From positions 58,367-122,366 of the IMG/VR virus record IMGVR_UViG_3300029288_006769: 64,000 nt of DNA. One strand, given 5' to 3'. The notes beneath the pieces are model-generated. The model searched no databases and was not told the DNA's origin. It worked only from the letters and a program-made list of their open reading frames with translations. A program made the position numbers and the translations under genes. Each line of letters starts with the position of its first letter. Position 1 is the stretch's first letter. Below are positions 17,698 to 26,991 of this stretch, in pieces. Origin of the DNA: a virus.

Positions 17698-18695
17698 CAA
17701 AAATACAAATTATCCCATGGGCAAATGGCATGGGCGATTTACTTCGTCTTGAGCCAATGATAAGGGGTCTCAAAGAACGATACCCTGATAGCCATATAAG
17801 CATTTTTTGCAATAAAAACTCCGAAATTCTTTCAAGGAATCCTTTTATAAATCAAGTCTTTTCTATCTGGTGTAGTCGTTGCGATTACATAGTCAATTGC
17901 AACTGGGGAATGGATGAACTTTTGCAAAAAATATTGGGAGAAGACAAAGGAAAATATAAAGAATTGCTCGGTTTCCATTCACGTAATACAGGCACAAATC
18001 AGCAAGCAATAAACGAGTTTCTAAAACTCCAAGAATGGGAATTAGGGTTTGATGCTATCTATGAAAGAAGAAAGCATTACAACACAAATCTCGCTTCTTG
18101 GTTTTGTAAGTTCACTGATATCTATCCTTCAGATCCAAAAACAAGATTTTATTTCAAAGAAGAAGATGAACAATTTGCAACAGACTATATTGCTAAATTA
18201 GATAAGCCCTTGGTTGTAGTTCATCCAACGTCAGAAGGAAAAATAGGGCTCCATGTTACTTATACCGACTACAAAATTTCAAAACTTTTAGAGCAAGGAA
18301 ATAAAGACTGGCAAGCCGACAAATTTATTGCTCTTATAGATATGATCAAAGAAAAATTTCACGTCATAATAATAGGAAGTCAAAAAGATAAAGAAATTTT
18401 ACAATATATTTCGAGTTCTACTGGTTGTGATATTGGCTTGAATTCTCTATTTCAAAATCTTGCTTTAGTAAAACATGCAAAGTGTTTTATAGGAGTGGAC
18501 TCATGTCCAGCTCATGTAGCATTGACATGCGATACGCCATCGCTTTTGATTATGTGTGAAATATTGTACCATGTATGTTACCCTATAGATCCTAAAGTCA
18601 AACATCAGTATATCTGCGAACCAGAAACTGTGAAACGAATAAGTATTGATACGGTTTACAAAGCATTTTTAAAATTAATTACTGAAAATAAATGA
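17694..18695 (+). CDS. Glycosyltransferase family 9 (heptosyltransferase-like)
   Basis: C-terminal FIGVDSCPAHVALT resembles the GT9 GxDSGxxHLA motif. ATGA overlap with the upstream gene. Confidence 0.5.
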   Translation: MTKIQIIPWANGMGDLLRLEPMIRGLKERYPDSHISIFCNKNSEILSRNPFINQVFSIWCSRCDYIVNCNWGMDELLQKILGEDKGKYKELLGFHSRNTGTNQQAINEFLKLQEWELGFDAIYERRKHYNTNLASWFCKFTDIYPSDPKTRFYFKEEDEQFATDYIAKLDKPLVVVHPTSEGKIGLHVTYTDYKISKLLEQGNKDWQADKFIALIDMIKEKFHVIIIGSQKDKEILQYISSSTGCDIGLNSLFQNLALVKHAKCFIGVDSCPAHVALTCDTPSLLIMCEILYHVCYPIDPKVKHQYICEPETVKRISIDTVYKAFLKLITENK

Positions 18696-18702
18696 GGACA
18701 TT

Positions 18703-18975
18703 ATGAGAGTTTATTACAATGGTAATGGTAGCACGGGTGGAACGCTTCCAACAGATCTTACGAATTATGTTTTGCAAGATACTGCTGAACTGCTTGATGT
18801 TGGTACTTTAGTAAAAGAAAATGCAACATTTTATGGCTGGGCACCAGAAAATAATTATGAATTCTATCAATCTGGAGATTTCTACAGGATTTTAGTCGAA
18901 CAAGACGTGACATTTTATGCTATTTGGGAAAACGATCCAACAATAGGCGGATTTTTGGGAAGAGAAGAAACTTAA
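18703..18975 (+). CDS. Listeria-Bacteroides repeat domain protein
   Basis: 90 aa with G.TGG.LP...ATFYGW...YAIWE, typical of a single List_Bact repeat. Confidence 0.4.
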   Translation: MRVYYNGNGSTGGTLPTDLTNYVLQDTAELLDVGTLVKENATFYGWAPENNYEFYQSGDFYRILVEQDVTFYAIWENDPTIGGFLGREET

Positions 18976-19917
18976 ATGAAACCAAGTTTTTTTAGACAGA
19001 CACAGTATAGAGAACCAGATAAAATCGAATTGAAAGAAATTCATGGTTACAATTTGTCTGCTATCCAATTGATGCAGGGGTTGGGTTATGCGATTATTGG
19101 GAGAGGAATTAGAAGAGAAATCGAACAACAAAGAATAACCAATGCATTAAAAAATTTGATCGCTATAGATCCAAATAATTCGCAATATAAACTTGCTCTA
19201 CAAGAAGAAGAAAATAAAAGAGATTTCAAAATAACACATTTAATTGGTATGCTGCCAGACAACTACCAATACAAACACTTCGGATGTGATATTTATGTCT
19301 TTTTTCCAAAAACATTGTCACGTACTAGAGTTCTTATTGTTGGGGGCATACATGGAGATGAACCTGCAGGGCCTTTAGGGTTAATGGAGTTTCTAAGACA
19401 ACGAAACTCTAAAGAAATATTAGATAGATTGAGCGTTTCCTTTTTGCCAGTAATGAATGTTTACGGGTATATTCATAACACAAGAGACAATGAAGGAAAT
19501 AAAGATATAAACAGAAATTATGACAATGGTTCGCCTTCAAAAGAAGCACAAGCTATTAAAAACAACAAAGATTTTATTTTCAATTTAGCTTCAAAAGGTT
19601 TTTTGACTTTACATGAAGATATCACGAAAGACAAGTTTTATTTATACACATGCGGCAAAAATCGAAAACTATTTGATTCATTACGTGCTGTGGGCAAAAA
19701 AGCTTTTGGGCTTGCTACCGGTGAAGCAAATGACAAGTATCCGATAGATAACGGATTTGTCAAAGATGTTCTTGATGATGGGTCTTTTGAAAGTTTTCTT
19801 GGGAACAATGGAATTATAGGTGTTACAACAGAAACGCCTACGATAGAGAAAATTGACAAACGGATTGAAACAAATAGATTATTGGTTAATGCTTTTCTCA
19901 GGCATTTTGTTTTATAA
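18976..19917 (+). CDS. M14-like zinc carboxypeptidase / AstE-AspA family deacylase
   Basis: VLIVGGIHGDEPAGPLG matches the zinc-binding H-x-x-E region of the M14/succinylglutamate-desuccinylase fold. Confidence 0.5.
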   Translation: MKPSFFRQTQYREPDKIELKEIHGYNLSAIQLMQGLGYAIIGRGIRREIEQQRITNALKNLIAIDPNNSQYKLALQEEENKRDFKITHLIGMLPDNYQYKHFGCDIYVFFPKTLSRTRVLIVGGIHGDEPAGPLGLMEFLRQRNSKEILDRLSVSFLPVMNVYGYIHNTRDNEGNKDINRNYDNGSPSKEAQAIKNNKDFIFNLASKGFLTLHEDITKDKFYLYTCGKNRKLFDSLRAVGKKAFGLATGEANDKYPIDNGFVKDVLDDGSFESFLGNNGIIGVTTETPTIEKIDKRIETNRLLVNAFLRHFVL

Positions 19918-20406
19918 CTTGCCTCTTTGCCTCCAACGACAAATTGTTGATTTTGACATACCGTATTTTTTTGCTAATTTAATTATTGTTCCTCTTTTTA
20001 CTGTCCATGAAGAACCAGGTTTTGCGCCACGGACTCTATCTGTTTTGATTTTTCGTTCTGGTAAATCTATGGGTTCAAGGTAGACAAGTGTGTCAGCATA
20101 AGGTCGTGTCCAGCCGGGCACCCAGCGAAATGTTTTTCCACGGATAATTGAGAGAGCGGCTGATTGAGATATGTTATAAAGCTTTCTTGCTTCGGAAGCA
20201 GTAATGCCTTTGGGGACTCTGGCTCTTATTTTTTTGACGTTTGCAATAGATATTTTTGCTGTATTCATTGCCCATTTTGATTTGACGGGAGAGAAATTCG
20301 AGTGAGGAGAAAGGTCGAAAACATTGTTCCAGACAGCAACAGGCCTACAATCAAATTTCCGAGCAATGAAACTAAGAGCGTAGTTTTGCTCGAACATTGA
20401 GCGCAT
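19912..20406 (-). CDS. Hypothetical protein with C-terminal HTH
   Basis: C-terminus KKYGMSKSTICRWRQRGKL is a helix-turn-helix-like segment. Confidence 0.35.
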   Translation of the reverse strand: MRSMFEQNYALSFIARKFDCRPVAVWNNVFDLSPHSNFSPVKSKWAMNTAKISIANVKKIRARVPKGITASEARKLYNISQSAALSIIRGKTFRWVPGWTRPYADTLVYLEPIDLPERKIKTDRVRGAKPGSSWTVKRGTIIKLAKKYGMSKSTICRWRQRGKL

Positions 20407-20467
20407 TTCTTGTCGTTACAGGTGCGAAAATCTTTTACCATTTGATTTCTTTTTTCGCAATTGAACC

Positions 20468-20746
20468 TCAAGGAATAATCTGAATTTGTTTATATGAACA
20501 AGTATTGCATCTCATATATTTTTTCGTGATACCATTTTTATTCTTTCTAGAAGAACGTACGTGTAATGGTGTTTTGCATTTAGGACAACACGAAGATTGA
20601 GTGGGGAAAATCTTTGTGATTATTTTTTCTGTCAGTTTCTGAGCAAGATGGTGTCCGTTTCTGACAACAGTTCTATTACGTTCCAGGTCTTCACAAATCG
20701 TAATACATCCTTCATAGATTTGATTTCTTAAATAGGAAGTTTTCAT
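20468..20746 (-). CDS. Zinc-ribbon protein
   Basis: CCPKCKTP...CNTCSY. Confidence 0.3.
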   Translation of the reverse strand: MKTSYLRNQIYEGCITICEDLERNRTVVRNGHHLAQKLTEKIITKIFPTQSSCCPKCKTPLHVRSSRKNKNGITKKYMRCNTCSYKQIQIIP

Positions 20747-21162
20747 AGGACTCGGACATTTCTATAAGAAGTTTTGTTTTTCTTGTGATTATTACAAGGA
20801 TGACAAGCAATTGTACAGTTGCTTTTATCCCATTTCGAACCACCAAGCGACAGAGCAACTATATGATCAATAGTGGCAAGTGTCTTCAACTGAGCTTTGT
20901 CACATGGGTCTAGAATTTCACGAACTAGATGTTCTGCACCGCAATACTGACAAATTAGTTCACCATGTATTGCTTCAAATTCGTCAAAAATTTCATTTCT
21001 AAAAGTTTCCCATTCTTCCATTACTATTTTTTGCATCTGATCTCTCAAAAAAAGATAAGACGCTCTTGATTGTACAAAAGGTTCTTCAACAAAAACTTTA
21101 TCAGCATTAGTACTCAAATACAACATATAGTTAATAACAAACGGGTTAGAATATTCTGCCAT
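20743..21162 (-). CDS. HNH endonuclease
   Basis: CQYCG...IDHIVALSLGGSKWDKSNCTIACHPCNNHK is a classic HNH motif with flanking Cys pairs. Confidence 0.75.
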   Translation of the reverse strand: MAEYSNPFVINYMLYLSTNADKVFVEEPFVQSRASYLFLRDQMQKIVMEEWETFRNEIFDEFEAIHGELICQYCGAEHLVREILDPCDKAQLKTLATIDHIVALSLGGSKWDKSNCTIACHPCNNHKKNKTSYRNVRVL

Positions 21163-21250
21163 TAGATAGGGTTATTTTAAGCACATTAGCATAGGTGCTA
21201 ATGAATTCATATAGACATGGTATCAATAATATGCTAGACGGTCCGCGAGC

Positions 21251-23812
21251 TTAGTCTTTCCAAAACATTTTAGGTGTAATAATCACACCATTTGACCATC
21301 CCCAACTATTTTCTCTTCTTTCACTCGTAAATTTTCTGTGGTCTGTTTCGTATAAAAAATCACTATAAGGAGATTCAGACCAATGTACTCCATAAATACT
21401 ACCCTCAATAAGCAATGCAGTATGTTGCCCGTATTCCGCTATCAAAAAAGCAAATGGGAGTTTCATTACTTTTTCTAATTTCTCTTGGTCTTGTTTAGAA
21501 AATTTTGTCGGGTTCCTGATAGGTTTTTTATCGACATCATACATTGTAGGTTTATAGTTGATTACCAAATCTTCAACGGGCAAAATCGGTTTTAAAATAT
21601 TAGTGCCATATATCTTTTCTTTAGATGCCATTTCATAAATGAGTTTAAGTATGTCTGCGTCTTTACCATAAAAGTTGTTCGAATCGGGCGTATAAAAAAG
21701 AGCTACCCAGTTTAATTTGAGTAATTCAAAAGCAAGTTCATGTCCAGTTACGCTTGCAAAAGCTTTTTTACATTTTTTCCAAGTTTCACCAAAACAGGTT
21801 TTATTAAATCCAATTTCCATGACTTCTAAGATGAAAGTTATGCAGTCGGTTTTCTTTAACTTGTATTGTTTTTTATGTACTTCAAACTTGTTTTTTATTG
21901 ATTGGTCCCAGGTACCTTTGAATCTATCAGCACTTAAACTAAAGCCACCCCTTCTAGCAGCTTCTAAATATTCTGCTTCATTTTTAAATGAGTATGGATA
22001 GAGACCTCCATAATGAGTCCCGCATGATCTTTCAAGAACATTTTTATAATGATTACCTATAATGAAAATTACTGCATCTCTAAGATTATCAATTAAAATC
22101 TTATTGCAATCTATTGAATGAAGTGGATTATCTTCTTTTGAATTAAATGCCATATCCCCATCTAACTCGATTACGTATCTTATCGTGTAGACTGCAAAAG
22201 CTTTATTTTCGGGCTCAAATGGCATGATTATTACAAATTTCTCTTTTTTATCTGAGTCAAAAGTCAAGTAAAAATGAGAGGGTTTGTATTTGAGGGGCTC
22301 TAAATATTTATTACCTTCTTTATCTTGTGTGTCGGGTGCGGGTAGCTGATGTTGAAATTCGTCAATACGTACAACTTCGCTAAAACAATAAGAATCTTTA
22401 CTTTTTTCTTTTATAATTACTTCAAATTTAGCAATTATTTGCGGGTTTGAATCTTCATAAATATTCACTATACATTTTTTGCCGACCAACAATGTGTCAG
22501 TTTTTAAGTAATCGACGTGTATTTGTACGTTGCCACCGCCAAAGGTGTCCCCATCAATAATAAAATTGTTTTTCCTGAACTCTATTTTTTGAATTTCTTT
22601 GTCGTTTTGTTGCCATTCAACTGGTGAAGTATAATTTTCACCTTTATATTTTACAGAAAGAGTATAAGAATCTTTTGAGACTTTCCATAAAACATCACCT
22701 TTGTTGTCGGTTCTTGAAGAATATTTTTTCCCTTTTTCATTACTTATAATACAAATTATGTCTTTTTCAAAATTACCACTATTATAGAAACCTAAATTGA
22801 CGTGTACATAACCAAAAGGCAATGCAAGTGTATCGCTTTTAAAATTGTCATTTGATGCAGCTCTATTTTCAATTACTGCAAAATATTCGACAGCATCTCC
22901 TTTTATATAATTTGTTGGAGTAGACAGTTTGAAATCTGTTGTCCAGCTATTTTCAGCAATAAGACGTCCTTCTGCTATTTGACTTAGATCTTCGGTTTTG
23001 CCTTTGTACACACAAAACAATTTTGCAAAAACTTTATTTTCTGTGTTGTCTAATCTCCTGTTGTTCTTAAAAGAAAATTTGATTTTAATTCTTTTATTGA
23101 AAACAATGTCTTGACTGTCATCGAACTCACCTGAAATAAATTTTAGTTCTAGCGGTGCTATTTGAGCAACTGGTTCTTCTGGGTCTTCTTCTTTGAAGTA
23201 ATCATCGTCATATAGTTCACCGAAAGCATCATTCCACACATCTGTATAACTTAAATGCCCTTTAAAATAGAGCCAGTTTATTTTTCTGAATTTGAATTGA
23301 ACTTCTTCAAGGTGGTTATATCTTTCGAACCGTGGGTCTTTGACATCAGGCATTGTGTGATGAACTTTATGAAGACGCACATTTTCTAAGGTCATCCTGA
23401 AATATTCTTCTTGTTTTCCTTTTTTGCTGCTATATTGGTACCACCTGATCTCAATTTTACTTAAAAAAGCACCAGTTTTCATGTAATTCAAGAGATAAGG
23501 GCTTATTTGGTCAATATTTTTTACAAACATCATTGGTTCATGTTTTCTCACAAAATCTTGACCATGGAGCAAAGCATAGAAATAATCTTTGGAAACTGTA
23601 TAAACATGATGAGTGAATTCATAAATGTAACAACCAGAAAGGCCAGTAAATTCATCTTTTAATTGGTCCAAAGACGAAAGGCCTGTAAATTTATCTTTTA
23701 ATTGCTTCAAAGACGAAATTGCATAAATAGAATCTAGCTCTTTGATTTTTACTGGCCCAGGTATTACGTTCCCTTTAGAATCGTAAAATATAACTATAGG
23801 AGCAATTGCCAT
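21251..23812 (-). CDS. Large hypothetical protein (853 aa)
   Basis: N-terminal 14-aa tandem repeat (SSLKQLKDKFTGLSSLDQLKDEFTGLS). C-terminal region has Cys...His spacing that could be a peptidase-like domain. Function unknown. Confidence 0.5.
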   Translation of the reverse strand: MAIAPIVIFYDSKGNVIPGPVKIKELDSIYAISSLKQLKDKFTGLSSLDQLKDEFTGLSGCYIYEFTHHVYTVSKDYFYALLHGQDFVRKHEPMMFVKNIDQISPYLLNYMKTGAFLSKIEIRWYQYSSKKGKQEEYFRMTLENVRLHKVHHTMPDVKDPRFERYNHLEEVQFKFRKINWLYFKGHLSYTDVWNDAFGELYDDDYFKEEDPEEPVAQIAPLELKFISGEFDDSQDIVFNKRIKIKFSFKNNRRLDNTENKVFAKLFCVYKGKTEDLSQIAEGRLIAENSWTTDFKLSTPTNYIKGDAVEYFAVIENRAASNDNFKSDTLALPFGYVHVNLGFYNSGNFEKDIICIISNEKGKKYSSRTDNKGDVLWKVSKDSYTLSVKYKGENYTSPVEWQQNDKEIQKIEFRKNNFIIDGDTFGGGNVQIHVDYLKTDTLLVGKKCIVNIYEDSNPQIIAKFEVIIKEKSKDSYCFSEVVRIDEFQHQLPAPDTQDKEGNKYLEPLKYKPSHFYLTFDSDKKEKFVIIMPFEPENKAFAVYTIRYVIELDGDMAFNSKEDNPLHSIDCNKILIDNLRDAVIFIIGNHYKNVLERSCGTHYGGLYPYSFKNEAEYLEAARRGGFSLSADRFKGTWDQSIKNKFEVHKKQYKLKKTDCITFILEVMEIGFNKTCFGETWKKCKKAFASVTGHELAFELLKLNWVALFYTPDSNNFYGKDADILKLIYEMASKEKIYGTNILKPILPVEDLVINYKPTMYDVDKKPIRNPTKFSKQDQEKLEKVMKLPFAFLIAEYGQHTALLIEGSIYGVHWSESPYSDFLYETDHRKFTSERRENSWGWSNGVIITPKMFWKD

Positions 23813-23815
23813 ATA

Positions 23816-26116
23816 TTAATCCTTCATAAGACAACATCTAAAACCTGTTTCATCATTTGCACCTTCAGGCATACGCATATCTCTGAAAGTTACATTGACT
23901 TTGTCGAGCTCAGTATAAAAACTCCCACCCCTAAGTATTATCCCAGTATTGTACTGGTCTTTTTCGTGGAAAGGATCAACCAAGGGAGTAGCAGACTCGA
24001 CATATTTATAAAACCAGTCATTTGTCCATTCTTCAACATTCCCAAACATATCAAATAATCCATATCCATTACTATTTTTCTGAGCAATTTTTTGTGGTGC
24101 ATTACAGTCATCAATGTACCAAGCTATTGCTTTCAACTGGTCTTCTCCAAAATAAAGAACACTCGAATTGCCCTTTGCGGCAAATTCCCACTCAGCTTCT
24201 GTAGGAAGCCTGAAACCTTTTTTATTAAAATCAATTTGGAGATTGAGCAGGATTAATTTAGAACTTTCAGGAATCTCTCCAAAAGTCCCTTGCATTCCAT
24301 TATAAGAGTAAACTGTATCAGTACTTCCAGCAGCTTTTGTTCGAGCATTGCAATATAGAATTGCTTCATACCAGTTGATACCGAAAGCAGGAAGATTGTC
24401 ATCCAATGGATATGATGACCACATGTCTGGTGTTTTATAAATGCTTGGGTATGCTACCGACATGATTGCAGCAAATGATTTTTGTGTTACTTCCGTCTTA
24501 TCATACCATAAATCGTGAGTCAACATTACAGGGTGCATTGGCTTTTCAGTACTGTATGCAGAATCACCTCTGCCTCCCATATCAAAAACTTTATCTTTTG
24601 AATTGATGAAAACCATGTTAGCAGGATCTTCCCATTGAGCATTAAATGTCACATTACCTGCACCCAATTTATATGTATCATCAGGTTTGTACAAAGTTTT
24701 CGTACTGTCTATCCAACCTTTGAATGTATATCCAGTCTTGACTAGAGAAGAAACTGGTATTTTTACTAGAGTTTCATATTCATAAACATTTTCTTCAGGA
24801 ATTTGTCCAAAATCGTAGTCTGAGCAAATAAATGTTACCTTATAGCTATTTTTTTCCCATTTAGCATATAATGTAAGGTTATCAACGATTTTCACCTGTG
24901 ATTCAGAAAAATAATCTATTCCTTTACCCAAACTATCTGTATTCCAGCACAAAAATCTATGGCCTTTTTTCGACAACAGATTGTTTGAAGAAATTTTTGT
25001 TTCGGTTCCTTCTACAAGTCTTGTTTCACTGGGCACTGCGCCTTCAGTACCATAACTTTTGTAGGTTATTGTAAAAACTGGTTTTGCTTCCCATTTAGCG
25101 TATAGAACTAAAGAATTGGCTACAATTATTTTGTCGCCTACAAGATAGTCGGTTCCCTTCCCTGTACTGTCTGTATTCCAGCACAAGAAATTATAACCCG
25201 ATTTAGAAACAGTGGCATTTGAAATTTTTGTTTCACTCCCCCTTAGGTATTCTTTTATTTCAGGTAATGTCCCATCTATTCCACTTGTCCGTTTATATGT
25301 TATTGAAAACATGGGAATTGATTGCCATGTGGCCACCAATGTCAAGTTTGTGTCTATTTTAAATTTTTCTCCAGGTTTCAAAATTGTGTCTTTTTGAACT
25401 ATAAACCACCCTGAAAAATCACAATCTTTTTTAGATGCTAAGGTGTCCATAATACTAACATCTTGTCCTGTTAGATAATTGTTAGTGTCAACAGGAACAA
25501 TACGGCTATCATCTTTATAGACAACCATGAACTTGACAATTATTGGTTCTACGGTATCTTGTGTAACTACGGTGTCCTGCCTGGTAGTATCTTGGGCAAT
25601 AGTGTCTTCCGTGGTAGTATCTTGAGCAATAGTATCACGTGTGGTAGTGTCCTGGGCAATGGTATCCAGAGTAGTAGTGTCTTTAACAACGGTCGTCGTG
25701 CAAGGTATGTCCAAAGTGTCCAAGGTTACAACAGGTGTTGTGTCGGCATCTTTTTTGAAATTTGCAAAGATATAAAGACTGTCATAATAAATTGCGTTTC
25801 CACCGCTATATCGTGTACTTATCCTTATAATATTTTCACCTTCAACCAAGTCTTTTAAAATCAAGGTGCTTTCAGGCGACCATTCGTCAGACCAGTCACC
25901 ATTATTGATCCTGAACTTAAATCTGCTCTGTGGTTTATTTCCAAAGACAGAAAGAACTGCACTATCTACTTTAACCGTATCACCATTGTTTATTGAATTT
26001 TGGCTTAACAAGATGACAGGCGGATCGTAACTTGTTCCTTTTTCATCAAAAGGATTGTCATTATTAGCAAAATTGCAAGAAAGCAATAACACTAACAATG
26101 CTAACAATCTGTACAT
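23816..26116 (-). CDS. Secreted multi-domain protein: tandem DTIAQDTTT repeats, four Listeria-Bacteroides repeats, C-terminal FGE-sulfatase (SUMF1-like) domain
   Basis: Signal peptide MYRLLALLVLLLSC. Four ~70-aa repeats ending (L)YAKWE/ATWQ/AQWE. C-terminal GYGLFDMFGNVEEWTNDWF matches the formylglycine-generating-enzyme/SUMF1 fold motif. Confidence 0.65.
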   Translation of the reverse strand: MYRLLALLVLLLSCNFANNDNPFDEKGTSYDPPVILLSQNSINNGDTVKVDSAVLSVFGNKPQSRFKFRINNGDWSDEWSPESTLILKDLVEGENIIRISTRYSGGNAIYYDSLYIFANFKKDADTTPVVTLDTLDIPCTTTVVKDTTTLDTIAQDTTTRDTIAQDTTTEDTIAQDTTRQDTVVTQDTVEPIIVKFMVVYKDDSRIVPVDTNNYLTGQDVSIMDTLASKKDCDFSGWFIVQKDTILKPGEKFKIDTNLTLVATWQSIPMFSITYKRTSGIDGTLPEIKEYLRGSETKISNATVSKSGYNFLCWNTDSTGKGTDYLVGDKIIVANSLVLYAKWEAKPVFTITYKSYGTEGAVPSETRLVEGTETKISSNNLLSKKGHRFLCWNTDSLGKGIDYFSESQVKIVDNLTLYAKWEKNSYKVTFICSDYDFGQIPEENVYEYETLVKIPVSSLVKTGYTFKGWIDSTKTLYKPDDTYKLGAGNVTFNAQWEDPANMVFINSKDKVFDMGGRGDSAYSTEKPMHPVMLTHDLWYDKTEVTQKSFAAIMSVAYPSIYKTPDMWSSYPLDDNLPAFGINWYEAILYCNARTKAAGSTDTVYSYNGMQGTFGEIPESSKLILLNLQIDFNKKGFRLPTEAEWEFAAKGNSSVLYFGEDQLKAIAWYIDDCNAPQKIAQKNSNGYGLFDMFGNVEEWTNDWFYKYVESATPLVDPFHEKDQYNTGIILRGGSFYTELDKVNVTFRDMRMPEGANDETGFRCCLMKD
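25565..25700 (-). repeat. Tandem ~30-bp coding repeat (about 4 copies) encoding DTIAQDTTT(R/E/L)
   Basis: Near-identical 30-nt units (ggtagtatcttgggcaatagtgtc... variants) are visible on the plus strand. Confidence 0.7.
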
Positions 26117-26127
26117 AACTCCTCCTT

Positions 26128-26991
26128 TTAAAAATCTATTACTAAAGAAAAACTCATTTCTTCGGATGTCGAATTTAAAACGATTTTATCTTTTATCTTT
26201 TTCCCTTTGTCAAAGATGGTTATACCAATACCTGCAACAAAGAAGACAGAACCTAAAATCCCAGAGGTTTTAGTCCACTGAAGTAGATTGTTTCTGTCAT
26301 TTTTTAATGCATCAATATCAGCCTGCTTGTCAGCAGCTTTATAGCGTTGATACTTGTTTTTTGTTGCTATCAAAAGACCACCAGAAGCGACAAAAGACGT
26401 AGCACTAATTACAAACACGCTGTTTCTCAAACTATTGTCTTTTTCTTTGACGGAATCTTGTATTTCGGGTTCTTTAGATTTATATGTGTAAGGGTAATCG
26501 TCTTGAACAGGTTGTATTTGGCCATTTATTGTAAAATGGAATTGTCCATTGTTTCTAAAAACACCTTTATCTACTCTGATATCAACTTTTTGAGATTTGA
26601 TACCATAAACAGAGTAACAAAGCCTAAAATTTGATAAATGCACTTTATACGGACTTCTTTTAATATCTATTCCATTCCAGTCAAATAAACTTGGGAAAGT
26701 ATCACTTTTGGGGTTGTACAAGTTATCACTTATTGACGTAAATACAACAGGAGTTGTTACTTCCCCAGAAACTACTAAGGGTCCTCTTACAATTATGCCA
26801 GTAAAAGGTTTAAAAAACAGAACACAACCCTCTTTAAAAATTGTTGGTTTTTTACCGATAATTTGGATTGTGTTCAGGACAATATAAGGATTACCTGTAG
26901 AATCAAATGTCTTCTCTTTAATGTCACCTGACAAATGAGTTTCCGAAACACTTATATTGAATAAAACAAAAATTATCATGAAGAATTTCAT
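26128..26991 (-). CDS. Secreted/membrane-anchored hypothetical protein
   Basis: N-terminal signal peptide plus two C-terminal hydrophobic helices. Confidence 0.4.
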   Translation of the reverse strand: MKFFMIIFVLFNISVSETHLSGDIKEKTFDSTGNPYIVLNTIQIIGKKPTIFKEGCVLFFKPFTGIIVRGPLVVSGEVTTPVVFTSISDNLYNPKSDTFPSLFDWNGIDIKRSPYKVHLSNFRLCYSVYGIKSQKVDIRVDKGVFRNNGQFHFTINGQIQPVQDDYPYTYKSKEPEIQDSVKEKDNSLRNSVFVISATSFVASGGLLIATKNKYQRYKAADKQADIDALKNDRNNLLQWTKTSGILGSVFFVAGIGITIFDKGKKIKDKIVLNSTSEEMSFSLVIDF

